DNA of 64,000 bases from Eukaryota sp. GEM-RC1 (Eukaryota), in assembly GCA_040285855.1 (NCBI GenBank), contig JAUFOQ010000017.1, positions 1,550,001-1,614,000 on the forward strand, written 5' to 3'. The translations under genes and the position numbers were made by a program. How positions within the stretch are numbered: position 1 is the stretch's first letter; each line of letters opens with the position of its first letter. The notes beneath the pieces were generated by a model. That model did not search any database. It was not told the origin of the DNA and saw only the letters and a list, made by a program, of their open reading frames with translations. Of this stretch, positions 38,270 to 49,611 are shown in pieces.

Positions 38270-39180
38270 AAAAAAAATGATGTTCCCTTGACTGCTCTCA
38301 ACCACACTTGACATGTTGAGTACAAATTATGACCTTTCTGCAATTTCCATTTGTGGTCTACTTGGTAAAGAAGCTCTTTGTATTCACTCGGATTTTGAGG
38401 AAGTTATCAAAAAAACAATGAGCAAGAAATTTAGTTTTGGTTTTGGTTGATTCGTATTGTCTTTACAATATTTAAAACATTTCCTATTCTGGTTTCGAAA
38501 GCTCTATTAGCTCTCAGTGTATTTATTAAGAAAATGTTGTTCTGAGTTTTATTGGCATTGAATGTCGCATTAATGATATTGAATTCTAGTTTTTGTTTAT
38601 ATCTCACTGTTTTTTTAAACACAAACTTTTATTGACAACAACACTACAGTGTACATACAACATAATCAATATCCTCAAAGTCCAGATTGCCTTTCTGGAA
38701 ATTCTCACCAACCTTAGCCTCATAATGTCTGCCAAGAGATAATAAAGCGCTGGATACCCAAGTCACCATATCTTTAGAGATAGTAAACACAATTCGATTT
38801 TTCCAAAATCTAAGATCAAAAGTCCTAGATGTTGTTTCTTTTACAATGTTCACAAAGATTTCAAGTAATTATGTTGCAGATTCACCTAAAGAACCGTACA
38901 GCGAAAATACAAAAGGGTGCAACAAGTAATTCGAGTGTGAAACCGAATTCAATAATTTCAATTTACACTATTTTTACATTTTACATTTCACCAATCAACA
39001 AAGGGTTTTTAGCGTTAGATTTAGCAAGTTTCTTGTTGGAATAATTACAAACATCGATAGACATAACATCAGCAATAATGAATGATCCATCGAGACCAGG
39101 AAATATGAAATCACCACGGCTATTTCCAAACGTTATGTCAACACCTGTATCATCAAACAAACCAGCCAGAACCGGTTCTA
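38270..39180. mobile_element. Tail-to-tail 3' fragments of two CRE-like families (B-related on plus to about 38605; family G on minus 38610-39180, ending AATAAA + A7)
   Basis: WLIRIVFTIFK..NDIEF on plus; RGDFIFPGLDGSFIIADVMSIDVC and FWKNRIVF on minus. Confidence 0.8.
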
Positions 39181-39222
39181 AAAATTTTTCCCTTTTTGTT
39201 TTCTTTTATAATGGATACTTCC

Positions 39223-39837
39223 AAAAAAAACGGGGTTTATGATCAGTCAGTGAAATAAATGCATTTGCAGAAGTTAATAACTAACAGACACTAACTAAAG
39301 TATCTAAACTATGATCCTTCTGTCCATCACCGAACAACTTACCTAAAATTGAATTAAAATATCTGTGCATTGAACGAAACAACGCAAACGTTAACTTACT
39401 CAACCAAAAATTTTCATTGAAAGCTTTACCATACTCAGAACACAATTTACCAAATGAAGTTAAAAAACCTTGTGCAGCTGGTCCAATATTACCGTATATC
39501 GACATCGCAAAAGGTTGAAACACAAAAGAATTGTACCTGTCAACATTCAATTGGTTAATTAAGTGACAGTACTTTGAATTTTTTCCTTTTTCAGCCACTT
39601 CAAGAGCAGAAAAATCATCATCAAAAATTTTGGAAATTGATCTTGAATTACAAGGATCAACAGTCCAACAGTCGTGAAATCCATAATAATTTCCTGACAA
39701 GATAACCAAGGACCAATCAAATCACCACGACTTCTATCAACTTTTGGCTGATCAGAAAGATTAGCAAGTAAAGGTTCAATTTTTCCATGAAAACCATTAG
39801 CCTCAAACATATCCAAACATGTATCCCGGATACTGTT
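39223..39837 (-). mobile_element. 5'-truncated family A copy with complete 3' end (ATAAACCCCG-T8)
   Basis: High identity to 16543-17132 and to 61175-61418. Confidence 0.9.
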
Positions 39838-40159
39838 TATATCATAGTTCTCATGTATCATCATTCGCACAATGATGACACTTCTCACTTGATGTTCTAC
39901 AGTCTAGCATTTATGGATTTGTATCCGAAAGTAATGAGCTATCAAAATGATTCAAAACAATGACTCATATTAAAAAGGATCAATTATTTTACGATTGCAC
40001 ATTCAGTATACAATAGATTTTGTCAGAAGAGACAAACATGTCTGCGAACACATTCAACGTTGGAAGAACATCATCTTCAAGGGGATAGACTATATATCGG
40101 TACACCGCACGACAAGCTACACATCATTGACCTGAATATTAATCTCACAAATACAAAAA

Positions 40160-40231
40160 TTCTTCTGCCCAGAATCGAACTGGGATTGCTTGATTCAAAG
40201 TCAAGCGTGCTAACCATTACACTACAGAAGA
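40160..40231 (-). tRNA. tRNA-Gln (anticodon TTG)
   Basis: Cloverleaf with acceptor TCTTCTG/CAGAAGA, D-arm GTGTAATGGTTAGCAC, anticodon arm CTTGA-CTTTGAA-TCAAG and T-arm CCCAG-TTCGATT-CTGGG. Confidence 0.93.
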
Positions 40232-40347
40232 CTCATTTGATATAGTTGTGATATTGGCATCGAGCCAATATCACATTTTTTTGAGAAGAGATGTCCTTAA
40301 TTGTTCCTGGTTTTTGTTCAGAGTTTGGATCAAATAGATCAAAGAAA

Positions 40348-40869
40348 ATGTTTCCTCTATCACATCTGCTGTTTTCTGCCAATGTACTGCTTCTATTTAA
40401 CCAGGTTACAAAGAATGAGATGTCTAATTTGAAATTTTGTCTTTTGGTTGTGTTAGGCGGATTAGCCATAGATTCGAGTCAGTGGCTTGGCTGGATTCTA
40501 GGAAAGCCTCGTTTTCACTTACGTACTTTTATTGAAGAACCTCTTGGATTAATCCTAGTTGTTGTCCCGATTGCTGGTGTAATCCGGTTCTTAACTGACA
40601 AAATTACAGCCCTTCTCTACTTTACGCTTACTGTATTGCATCTTGTACTGGACTACGTATCAGTTCCTCACCGAATGAGTCCATGTGATCCAGTTGTGGA
40701 AAGAGTTTGGTATGTTCAGTTCCCTCTAAATCTGTTTGTGTCAGTGAGCTACGGCAATCCTTCAGACCCGCATTCATCTGGCCTTTTATCAGAGTGGACC
40801 TTTGTCTTTTGGAACTTAGTCATTTTCATTGTCCTTTTAACAGATCGGGCAATAAAATCCAGACCATAG
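40348..40869 (+). CDS. Membrane protein resembling YdjM-type membrane-bound metal-dependent hydrolases
   Basis: Hydrophobic ORF with spaced motifs SHLL, GGLAID, HLRTFIEEP and HLVLDY. Confidence 0.5.
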   Translation: MFPLSHLLFSANVLLLFNQVTKNEMSNLKFCLLVVLGGLAIDSSQWLGWILGKPRFHLRTFIEEPLGLILVVVPIAGVIRFLTDKITALLYFTLTVLHLVLDYVSVPHRMSPCDPVVERVWYVQFPLNLFVSVSYGNPSDPHSSGLLSEWTFVFWNLVIFIVLLTDRAIKSRP

Positions 40870-40972
40870 TAAACCGTGGACTCTTTAGAGAATCTCAACA
40901 TCTTGTAACAGTAGAAATCCTCATAGGATTCGCATTATTCCAGTTGACTTTGTGCTTGTTGTCTGCTTTATT

Positions 40973-41227
40973 ATGCCAAGAAACTTCAACGAACAACAAC
41001 CACCAACACGCTTTTTTCCCAAAGGATCAACCTTACCCTTCGGATTGGGCAGAGCCGCTTCAGACTGTGTGGTTGACTTAGAGGAAAAGAAAGTTGTAAA
41101 GGATCAGCTGTCAGATCTTGAAGCAAGAGAGTTGGAGTTTATTGAAGCACAACATGTTCAATCACTTGGACAAGGTAGAATGTCTCCTGATGCACGCAGA
41201 AACTTGGAAAAACATGGAATGATTTAA
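40973..41227 (+). CDS. Small hypothetical protein (84 aa)
   Basis: ATG-initiated ORF with protein-like composition in a gene-dense block. Confidence 0.55.
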   Translation: MPRNFNEQQPPTRFFPKGSTLPFGLGRAASDCVVDLEEKKVVKDQLSDLEARELEFIEAQHVQSLGQGRMSPDARRNLEKHGMI

Positions 41228-41344
41228 TAAACTACATAAAAGATTCAGCTGTGAATTGCATATGAAATGCAAAAAAGTTTTCAATACATTTCTTATACAG
41301 TTAATGCCCAACGTTTATGAGGGGCTGAAGAAAGAAAAACAGTC

Positions 41345-42085
41345 TTAGTCTAGACAGATTTTGACAATCTTGGTTGCTAACTCCTGCAAATGGATATGGT
41401 CGTGTGTAACAACTTGATCGCTTATTTCTTTAATTTCTGTAGACGACATGAAGTCTTGAAACAATTCTGTTGCATGGCCATTGTCAAGTATCATTAACGA
41501 GGCATAGAATACAGCTGAAGCAATAATGACAAGTGGTATGTCTTGGAGAAATCCAGAATTAATGATGTCATGATGAAGAACACAAACTAGAACAAGTATC
41601 GAAGTGCTAGACAGATAATGACTGGAAGTGGGAAGTTGATCATGACAAACATAGTTTAGAATTTCCAGTAGGGGATAAACTGAAGGTATGGATGTATTAT
41701 ATTGCAACACACGAAGAACTTCATACTCCGAGTCAATAATGTCTTTGGATGATACTTCTGGAAACGACGCTGGTTTCTGTCGGTTGATGATGTTGACAAT
41801 GTCAGACACGTGGAGACACCCAGTTTCATGCAATTTTGTGGCTATCTGGATGCAAGTTAGTACTTTCAGTAGGACTGGAACTTCCTTTGTTGAAGGATCC
41901 AATTGGGCTAAGTATTGATTCAGGAGGTACAGTGAATGGAACCTAACCGTTGCAGACAGTCCAAACTCCTCACATGTCCAAAAGATGTATTCCAGACAGT
42001 CTGTGGAAACAGATGATACACACACTCTACTGGCTAACCGTGGATTGAACGCCGCTATGATATCTGGAATGTCATAATACTTCAT
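41345..42085 (-). CDS. Cyclin-box protein, CNTD1/COSA-1-like
   Basis: LEYIF..VRFHSLYLLNQY, LKVLTCIQIATKL, IIDSEYEVLRVLQY..IPS. Confidence 0.7.
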   Translation of the reverse strand: MKYYDIPDIIAAFNPRLASRVCVSSVSTDCLEYIFWTCEEFGLSATVRFHSLYLLNQYLAQLDPSTKEVPVLLKVLTCIQIATKLHETGCLHVSDIVNIINRQKPASFPEVSSKDIIDSEYEVLRVLQYNTSIPSVYPLLEILNYVCHDQLPTSSHYLSSTSILVLVCVLHHDIINSGFLQDIPLVIIASAVFYASLMILDNGHATELFQDFMSSTEIKEISDQVVTHDHIHLQELATKIVKICLD

Positions 42086-42120
42086 ATAGGAGATGCAGGC
42101 AAAAGTGAAAATCCAAATCT

Positions 42121-42813
42121 TTATACAGAACACCGTTGTTCACAGTCAGACATGCCACAGTCTACTTTAGGACCCTGTAGGTCAAACATAGGACAACATT
42201 TGCACTCATCGCAGTTGTTACAGTACGTTGTTACCGTTTCCAAGCTATCTAGTTCTTGAAAACTAGGTGAAACTGGTGATGACAACTGTGAGCAGTGAAC
42301 ATGGAAGGCTTTTAAGGATTTGGAGAATCTTTCATCAAAACAACTAGGCACAATTCCACTCAATTGCGTATGGTGCAAGTTAATGTACTGCAGAGATTCT
42401 CCCAGTTCACAAAGAGAGCTGGGTATTTGTCTGGTAATCTTTGTGTGAGACAAGTCCAGAGATTGCAGGGATTTCAGATTCTGCCAGCTGTCAAAAACTA
42501 TTGGTCCCTTGAGAGAGTTTCTTGAAAGGTCTAGATAGCGAAGAGCCGGAAAACAGCCTATTTCATTGGGTAAATGGCCATCCAGATTGTTGTTACGAAG
42601 ATTAATACTCATCACTTTACCATTATGGCATCCAATGCCAAAGAAGTGACATTGGTTGATATCCCAATCGTGAATCGGCCATTGTTGCTTCCACTCTGGA
42701 CCACCAAGAGCGTGATGTAGAGCTGCCAATGCCTCTCTTTCACTAGGTGGGCATGAAAAGGTCAATACGAAACTGACACAAGTGACAGCAAGAAGAGCTA
42801 ACAACCTAAGCAT
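42121..42813 (-). CDS. Secreted leucine-rich repeat protein (plant-receptor/PGIP-type LRR with N-cap)
   Basis: Signal peptide, CPPSEREAL..W..CHFFGIGC cap, LxxNxLxGxLP repeats and Cys-rich C-terminus. Confidence 0.85.
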   Translation of the reverse strand: MLRLLALLAVTCVSFVLTFSCPPSEREALAALHHALGGPEWKQQWPIHDWDINQCHFFGIGCHNGKVMSINLRNNNLDGHLPNEIGCFPALRYLDLSRNSLKGPIVFDSWQNLKSLQSLDLSHTKITRQIPSSLCELGESLQYINLHHTQLSGIVPSCFDERFSKSLKAFHVHCSQLSSPVSPSFQELDSLETVTTYCNNCDECKCCPMFDLQGPKVDCGMSDCEQRCSV

Positions 42814-42877
42814 GAACGGAAATAATGACAAGAAACAACAATGTTTGTTTACAGAAAGGTTTACAGTTACTTAGTAC

Positions 42878-43888
42878 ATGAGGTATACAGTTCAGAAATT
42901 TCTAGAACTGTATACCTTGAAATTCTCTAGAACTGTATACCTTGGAAGTCTATGCCACTCAAAAAAGAACACGGTGACCAAGCTGACAAAGAATTGCAAG
43001 AATCTGACAAGTCAACCAAAAGCATATACTGATGTCAAGTCCTTCAGTCAAGAGTTTGCATTTGAAGCAAACCATGAAGAAGTAGATCAAAATCCCTCTG
43101 AATCGATCAAACTTAAAGGAGTTTTGCCGATCCAATTCAGACAACATATTTACAACGTTCCAATATCTTTGAATCTCAACAAATATCCATCATGTCCACC
43201 AATTGTGTTTGTGGAACCAGGCCTGACGATGGAGATTGTTCCCATGCACAAGTATGTTGCAGACAATGGCCGTGTCTCCTGTGAATACCTGGACTTCTGG
43301 TCTGAATCTTCTAGTAACCTCATTGAACTTGCCAATGTGTTAATCCAGTACTTTTCAAGTCATCCCCCAATGTATTCGATTGAAAGAAATGTAAGTGTAT
43401 TGAACACAAATGAAACAACAAGATCACAACTTGAAATTGATCTCGAAACCAGACTTACTCACGAATTCACAAAGAGAAGACAAGAATCGATGGTTGAACT
43501 GGAAGAACTACTCAGTGAGAATAGAACTTTGAAAACAAGGAGCAGTCAAGTGGAAGAATTGTTGATGAGTGGAAATGAAATTCGGCAGTTATTTCAAAAA
43601 AACATTGAGATTCTTCTACAAGTGGTTCAAGAATTGGAATATCATGTAATGAATGCCACAGTATCTTCCTTCAACGTAATCCCAAAGAATTCCCGAGACA
43701 AACAGGTGCTAGATGCCTTAATTACTGATCAAACAATAGAAGATCTGATGCTGATTCTGGTGGCGAATTATTCTGGAGATGTAGAACTTAAAAAATTTAT
43801 TGAAATTCTGAATCATTTTTCAAAAAATCAATTCCTCAGCAAACATTTACTGAAAAAACTGACTGCACCACAACTAATTGTTGAATAA
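42878..43888 (+). CDS. VPS23: ESCRT-I subunit Vps23/TSG101 (true start possibly ATG 42952)
   Basis: UEV domain LKGVLPIQFRQHIYNVPI..YPSCPPIVFVEP..HKYVADNGRV, coiled coil, steadiness box IEDL..FSKNQF. Confidence 0.88.
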   Translation: MRYTVQKFLELYTLKFSRTVYLGSLCHSKKNTVTKLTKNCKNLTSQPKAYTDVKSFSQEFAFEANHEEVDQNPSESIKLKGVLPIQFRQHIYNVPISLNLNKYPSCPPIVFVEPGLTMEIVPMHKYVADNGRVSCEYLDFWSESSSNLIELANVLIQYFSSHPPMYSIERNVSVLNTNETTRSQLEIDLETRLTHEFTKRRQESMVELEELLSENRTLKTRSSQVEELLMSGNEIRQLFQKNIEILLQVVQELEYHVMNATVSSFNVIPKNSRDKQVLDALITDQTIEDLMLILVANYSGDVELKKFIEILNHFSKNQFLSKHLLKKLTAPQLIVE

Positions 43889-44001
43889 AACCGAAATTAA
43901 GATAAAAACACGGTCATTTGTTGACCATTATAGTACAAAAATTAAAATATTGAAATATCCAAGCGAAACAATAAAATACAAAAATAAAACACAATCAAAA
44001 C

Positions 44002-45574
44002 TTAAGTTTGTAGCGAGTTCTCCCTAATTAAATACTCCGCCAACAATTTCCTTTTACTTTCGTTAGTAGAAGGTGTAAACGTGCAGGTCTTCAGAAAATC
44101 TTCCTTTAATTGCCTTGTAAGTTCAAGTTTCTTTCGAGTGCATGATAAATCCTTTTGAGACAAGTTGAATTCTTCAGGTTCTGTTCTTTTCCTTGGAGTA
44201 GGTGCTCGTTCATGGATATCTTGGTAGAACAACTTAGCTTCTCTATTCTTTTGCTCATCTTTTAACCTTTTGGCTTCGTTTTGACGAGTAAGAAAGCTCT
44301 CAAAACCACGTACTAGAACAGGATCAGAATGGTCAAGAGAAGATCTTCTATTGGTTTTAGGTTTGAATGAGCAGCTTTCAGCGTCTTTAAGTTCTTGGTG
44401 TTTTTTTAATTGGTCCAATTTTTTAACTTTTTGATCTTGCAAATGTCGAAGCTTATGGCTTAAAGCATCAGGATTATTCACCGATAAACTAAAAGGATTT
44501 TCGTTCAAATTCTTGGGATGTTTTAGAATTTCTGGCTTAAAAGTACAATTTTTGAGTTCTTCTTTTCCAGTCGTTGCTTAAGAATTTGTTGTTTTAATTT
44601 TCGCTTCTTATCACTCACCAAGTCGTCAACTGTGGAGGGTGGGGCAATTAATCTTGAAATTTCTGATAAGTTTGGTCTGCGAGATTGTCGTTGTTTTTCT
44701 ACTTGTTCTTTGATCTTTTGCTGTTTATCCATACGGGACTTTTGTTCACGATATAATCGATCAGCACGTTCAGTAGGGGTTTCTTCCAGAGAAGCATGAC
44801 GTGATTGTCTAAGAATTTCAACAGAATTTGAATCAATTTTGGGCTGGAAGGAATACCGATCGGGTTGAGCTGATCTACTTCTGGATGGTGGTCGTGATGT
44901 GATTGATGGAACAGAAGTCGCTAGAATTCTTGAAGTGTCGTTGATCACCGGTTTAAAGGTCAAATCACTTTCCTCTTCCATCTGAGCTCTTTTTTTAGTG
45001 AGCTCTTTCCTTTTCTGTGCATCTTGAGCTCGAGTATTGATTCTATCAAGTACTTCATCAAAATGAATTGATTGCGTTCTACTTCTGCGTGCAGAAATAG
45101 GTCTTGACTGAAGCTTTTCTTCTTCCAATGATTGCTTTTTTAATTGTTTCAAACGGTTCTTCCTTTCTTGAAGTTCAACCACAGCCCTTTCATAGATTGG
45201 GATTCTGGGTTTTTTACTCAACATTTGCTTAGACTTTGAAGATAGTCGAGGGGTGTACTGGTGGGAGTCATCGTAGGAAGACCGAAGATTCATTAGTTTC
45301 TCCTCTCTTTCAATGTTTTCGATTAAGACTCGTTCATGGATAGGAACTCTTGCTCGTTGTCTGATATACTCGGTTTCTCCAAACAGTGAGGGATTGCGAT
45401 GGAGATTAGGAGTAAAAGTACATTCAGAGAGATCTTCGTGTTGATATTTCAGACGTTCGTGTTCACGACGTTCCCACTCAGAAACTCTCGGTCTGGAAAG
45501 TCTTCTAACCAAAGTATCTTGCTGATACTTGGATATAATCTTTTCTTATTAGGATAAGGAGAGAGATGAGTCAT
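44002..45574 (-). CDS. Charged coiled-coil protein with repeated (C)TFxP motifs, probably cytoskeletal (frameshifted)
   Basis: ECTFTP, LTFKP, YSFQP, CTFKP, CSFKP and CTFTP repeats; ORFs 44523-45512 and 44002-44508 join by adding one A. Confidence 0.7.
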
Positions 45575-45664
45575 TGAAAGGAATATTGCCCAAAAAGAAG
45601 AGCTGTTAGTGATGTTGGGAAGGGCTACTACAAGTAGATGGATTTCATTTTTCCATTCACTCTG

Positions 45665-48654
45665 ATGTCTTTAGCTATTCTGTCTTATCTTGACGAACCC
45701 AACCCTGATCTTCATGTCATATGTCTTCAACTGATAAATACTCTGATTCCTACCCACTGGTCCGACATTGCTGATCGTCTCACTTTCATGTGCGTGTATC
45801 ACTTCTTTTTCTCACCACAGAGAATCTCTCGCTGAACAACACGACTTCAAAGGTAAAGATCTCGCTGCTTTAGTTGCAGCTAAGATTCATTACGAACTTG
45901 GTTCACTTGAAGATGCTGTTCAATATGCTCTTATGGCTGACGATCTTCTCGATCTCACTTCCACTGATTTGTTCACACAGACAATCATGTCTGAAGCAAT
46001 CCAACAGTGGATCAACCAATGCCAAATGGCAGTTGAGGAGGGAGCCACTGATGGAGATTCAGTTGAGCTTTCTGGCAATCACAAACACATCATTGATCAC
46101 ATCTTTTCCTCTTCACTCACTCGAAATGATGACTTTGAAACAACTTCAAAGATCCTGAGTATGGCTATTGAAGCCCGGTCTATTCTACGTATAAGCAATA
46201 TTCTAGACAGCGTGGATCCATCTATTAAACAGGCTTTATTAGACTACACCCACACCATGATATCATACATTAGATCCTTGTCGTTTAGATCTAACGTCCT
46301 CAGGGTTCTAGCGGACTACCACATCAGTCACGTTGCTGACCTCGGCTCTGCTGATCCTGATGCTTACTTCTCTGCCGCCAAATGTGCTCTCCTCCTCAGC
46401 GACGCTTCTCTCATGTCCGTCATCATCCAACTAGCAGAGTCTAACCCCGCTGTGTCCTACCAGATAGCCGTGGATCTCGCTGAGACTGCCTCCCCCGCCT
46501 TCATTGCTTCCCTTACTTCCAGAGATCTCTGACCACGTGATTTCGTCTATTCTCTCTTGCATACCTCTCTGCAGGAATCGTCTCCGTTTCCTGTTTGCTC
46601 GATGCTCCTCAGATATTGACCTACTCAGAGCAGTCCGTGATTCCTTTGACTCAAAGGACTCAATGCTGATGTCAGGAGCCCTCATTTGCAACTCCTTCAT
46701 GCACTCTGGGTCTACCATTGATACTTTCCTTCGTATGAACCTCCCTTGGATGGGTGGATCTACCTTCTACGCAAAGTTCTCAGCTTCTGCTTCCCTTGGA
46801 GCCATTCATCATGGTCATCGTGATAAAGGCCGTAATGTGCTTTCAAGATTCCTTCCTGCCGAAGAATCTCTTGGACAGAAACTCTCCGATCCTTACTCTT
46901 TAGGTGGAGGTTGCTATGGACTTGGGTTAGTTCATTGTGCAAAAGGAGCGGGAAGTAGAGATTCCGTTCAGTTCTTGAGACGTGCTTTGGAATCAGTTCT
47001 GGGTCAATCAGATCAGATTGCCTTCCATGAGCCCTTTATCCATGGAGCTTGTCTTGGATTAGGACTTGCCTCTTTTGGAGTTGATGACGTCTTGCAGTGT
47101 GGGTTGAAGTCTGAAACAAATTCCACTGTTGAACTTTTTAAAAACTGTAATGTATAATGATCTTTCAGTTGGATCTGAAAGCGCTGCGCTGGCATTAGGT
47201 GTCATTGGAATGAGTACGTTAACTGAAAGTGAGGAACTTGTTGACCTTTTATTGACTACTGCTGGAGAAAGTAAAAAAGCCAAAGGTAGTTAGAGCTTGC
47301 GGTCTTGCTATTGCTTTAATGTCTCTCGGAATTGAAGAAGGTGCTAACGATATGATTGAACAACTGATCACGTCATCTGATTCTGTGATTAGATATGGTG
47401 GAGTTTACTCGATTGGTCTAGCATTTGCTGGATCTGGTAATCCTGGTGCTTTAAAGAAACTCTTGTCAATAGCTTCAACTGATACTAGTGATGACGTGAA
47501 AAGGAGCTCAGTGATTATGATTGGATTGGTGATGGCTTCGAGTCCTACTGACGTGGTTAAGTTGGTCTCTGTTTCATCTAGATCTCATAATCCCCACTTA
47601 AGGTATGGTGCTGCGCTGGCATTAGCTGTCAGTTGCGCTGGGACTGCCAATAAGGATGCTCTTGAGATCCTTAGTGTTTTAACCAAGGATACCACTGATT
47701 TTGTTAGGCAAGGAGCCTTTATTGCCCTGGGTTTCTTGCTTCAATGCACTTCCCCCACTGTAACTCCTAAGAATATGATCTTTAGAAAGGAAATAATGGA
47801 GATTTTAAGATCAAAGTATGAAGATTCTTTGGTGAAGTTTGGGGGGATGTTGGCTCTTGGTTTGATGGATGTTGCTGGTAGAAACGGGTATTTTACTGTC
47901 ATTTCACCTAAAGGAAGTGGTATATTTGAAAAGACTTTAATGAAAGAAAACGTGCTGGGCTTGGTTTTATTCCTTCAGTACTGGTTCTGGATTCCCTATT
48001 CTCTTGGAATTAGTCTTTCAATTGAACCAGCTGGCTTAATGGGAGTGCTTGGGAATTCTAACCTGGAAATGCCTGAAATGAAGTTCAATTGTGACGCGAC
48101 TCCTTCTACTTTCTCTCTGCCAAAGAAATACTCTCCCCCTGAAAAGAAAAAAGATTTCTAAGAAAGCTGCTGCAGTGCTTTCTGTTTCTACAAAGGAAAG
48201 AGCCAAACAATCAAGGCTTTTGAAGGAGAAACAACGTGAGAGAATGGAAGAAGGCCTATTTGAACTGGATCCATTGGCTAAAGCAAAGGAAAAAGCTTTG
48301 GAGAAGGAGGAGGCTGAGAAGGCTAAACCTGAAGAACCGGAACCAAGCAGTTTTGAAGTTGATAATCCTGCACGTTGTACTTATAGCCAACAGGATGTGT
48401 TAACAGTAAATGAAGAATCTCGATTTATTCCATTGTTGAAGACAAAGAAAATCGGATGTGTAATCCTTCAAGATAGTTCCCCAGACGAGCCTTTTGAGTT
48501 GTTCTCTTTTACCCAAAAAACTGAAGAAGAAAAGAAAAGCAGTGGAAGGGTTGGAAAGTCCGCAACCAATGAAAGAATAGTCAATCTTTTTGTGAATAAA
48601 TCATTTGTTTTGGTCCTTTTCAAAGTTTTATTTAAAATAAGTGCATCACTATAA
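45665..48654 (+). CDS. RPN2: 26S proteasome regulatory subunit Rpn2/PSMD1 (one intron at 45790-45820; several homopolymer indels; true stop may be about 48580)
   Basis: LAALVAAKIHYELG, NSFMHSGSTIDTFLRMNLPW, AKFSASASLGAIHHG, PC repeats, DFVRQGAFIA, QYWFWIP, VDNPARC. Confidence 0.95.
45790..45820 (+). other. 31-nt spliceosomal intron in RPN2
   Basis: GTGCGT...CTCACCACAG; removal restores WSDIADRLTFIESLAEQHDF, matching the Rpn2 N-terminus. Confidence 0.88.
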
Positions 48655-49388
48655 TATACAGTTAAACTGGGTCATGAGTATCCATTTTTATTAAAAATTG
48701 AAAAAATGAAGAAACTACAATAAGTATCACTGAACATACCAATGATCGTTCAATTGTAAAATTAAGATAGGGTATCTTTGGAACTGCCATAATTACGGTA
48801 CGGTACCAACTGGTGTTTTCCGTAAAATAGAGTTTCCAGTAAAATACGGAAAACATTTACATTAAAACAATTCCGTAGAATATCTATTATTACGGAACCG
48901 CAGAGACGATGCGTAGCAAAGACTTCTTCACGAAGCTGGAAGACACCACATCCTCCCAGGTACCATAAAGTAATCTCTTCTGACTTCTACAAGTACAAGT
49001 ACTGTCAAGCCATTTTTCTCGCTTGGATTAAGAAGGGATACACCGATCCTTTGTATCGTACCAAAACTGACCATTTGGATGACTATCCAAGTTTTGACAT
49101 ATTATTGTAATTTTCTAAAAAACAAGAAGATAAGAGGATTGTGATGATAGAAATAGATAAAAACGGATTTATGTGCAGAGAAAACCACACAGCAAGAAAA
49201 CAACAAATAAACACAGACTATGAAAACAAATTATCAAACGAACTACCTAATTCCAAACATTACAGTGTAGATACTTCCTTTTAGTGTTATTTATTCGGTA
49301 CCCAATAAGGTCCTACAAAACTATGAAATTACCAAAACAAACATATTGTCATTAATAGTTTTAATTTTAGAATTACTTAAAACAAATC

Positions 49389-49611
49389 GTAAAAAATAGG
49401 ATGAACAAACGTTTTGATCATATGTTTTGGTTGAATCGGATCGTTTTTACTGTTTTTAAAACAGTTCCCCTAATCATCTCCAAAGCTTTATTAGCAGTGA
49501 GTGCCTTTTATGAGGACAAAGCTGTTGTAAGGTTTGATAGCGACGGGTGTTGTTTTAATGACATCAAATTTTAGTTGTTTGATCTTTTACATTTATAATA
49601 AAATCTTGTGC
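49389..49611 (+). mobile_element. Short 3' fragment of family B with TSD
   Basis: Matches 29570-29792; flanked by TAAAACAAATC (49378-49388 / 49612-49622). Confidence 0.8.

Noticed and set aside
40160..40231. Stop-codon reassignment (TAA/TAG = Gln) as in hexamitid diplomonads
   Set aside because: The anticodon is TTG; conserved genes have long frames without in-frame TAR and terminate at TAA, TAG or TGA.
41995..42040. Additional short intron near the cyclin 5' end (GTGTGT...CCACAG)
   Set aside because: The reading frame is already open, the 25-nt candidate would shift it, and it lacks the A at -7 seen in the four supported introns.
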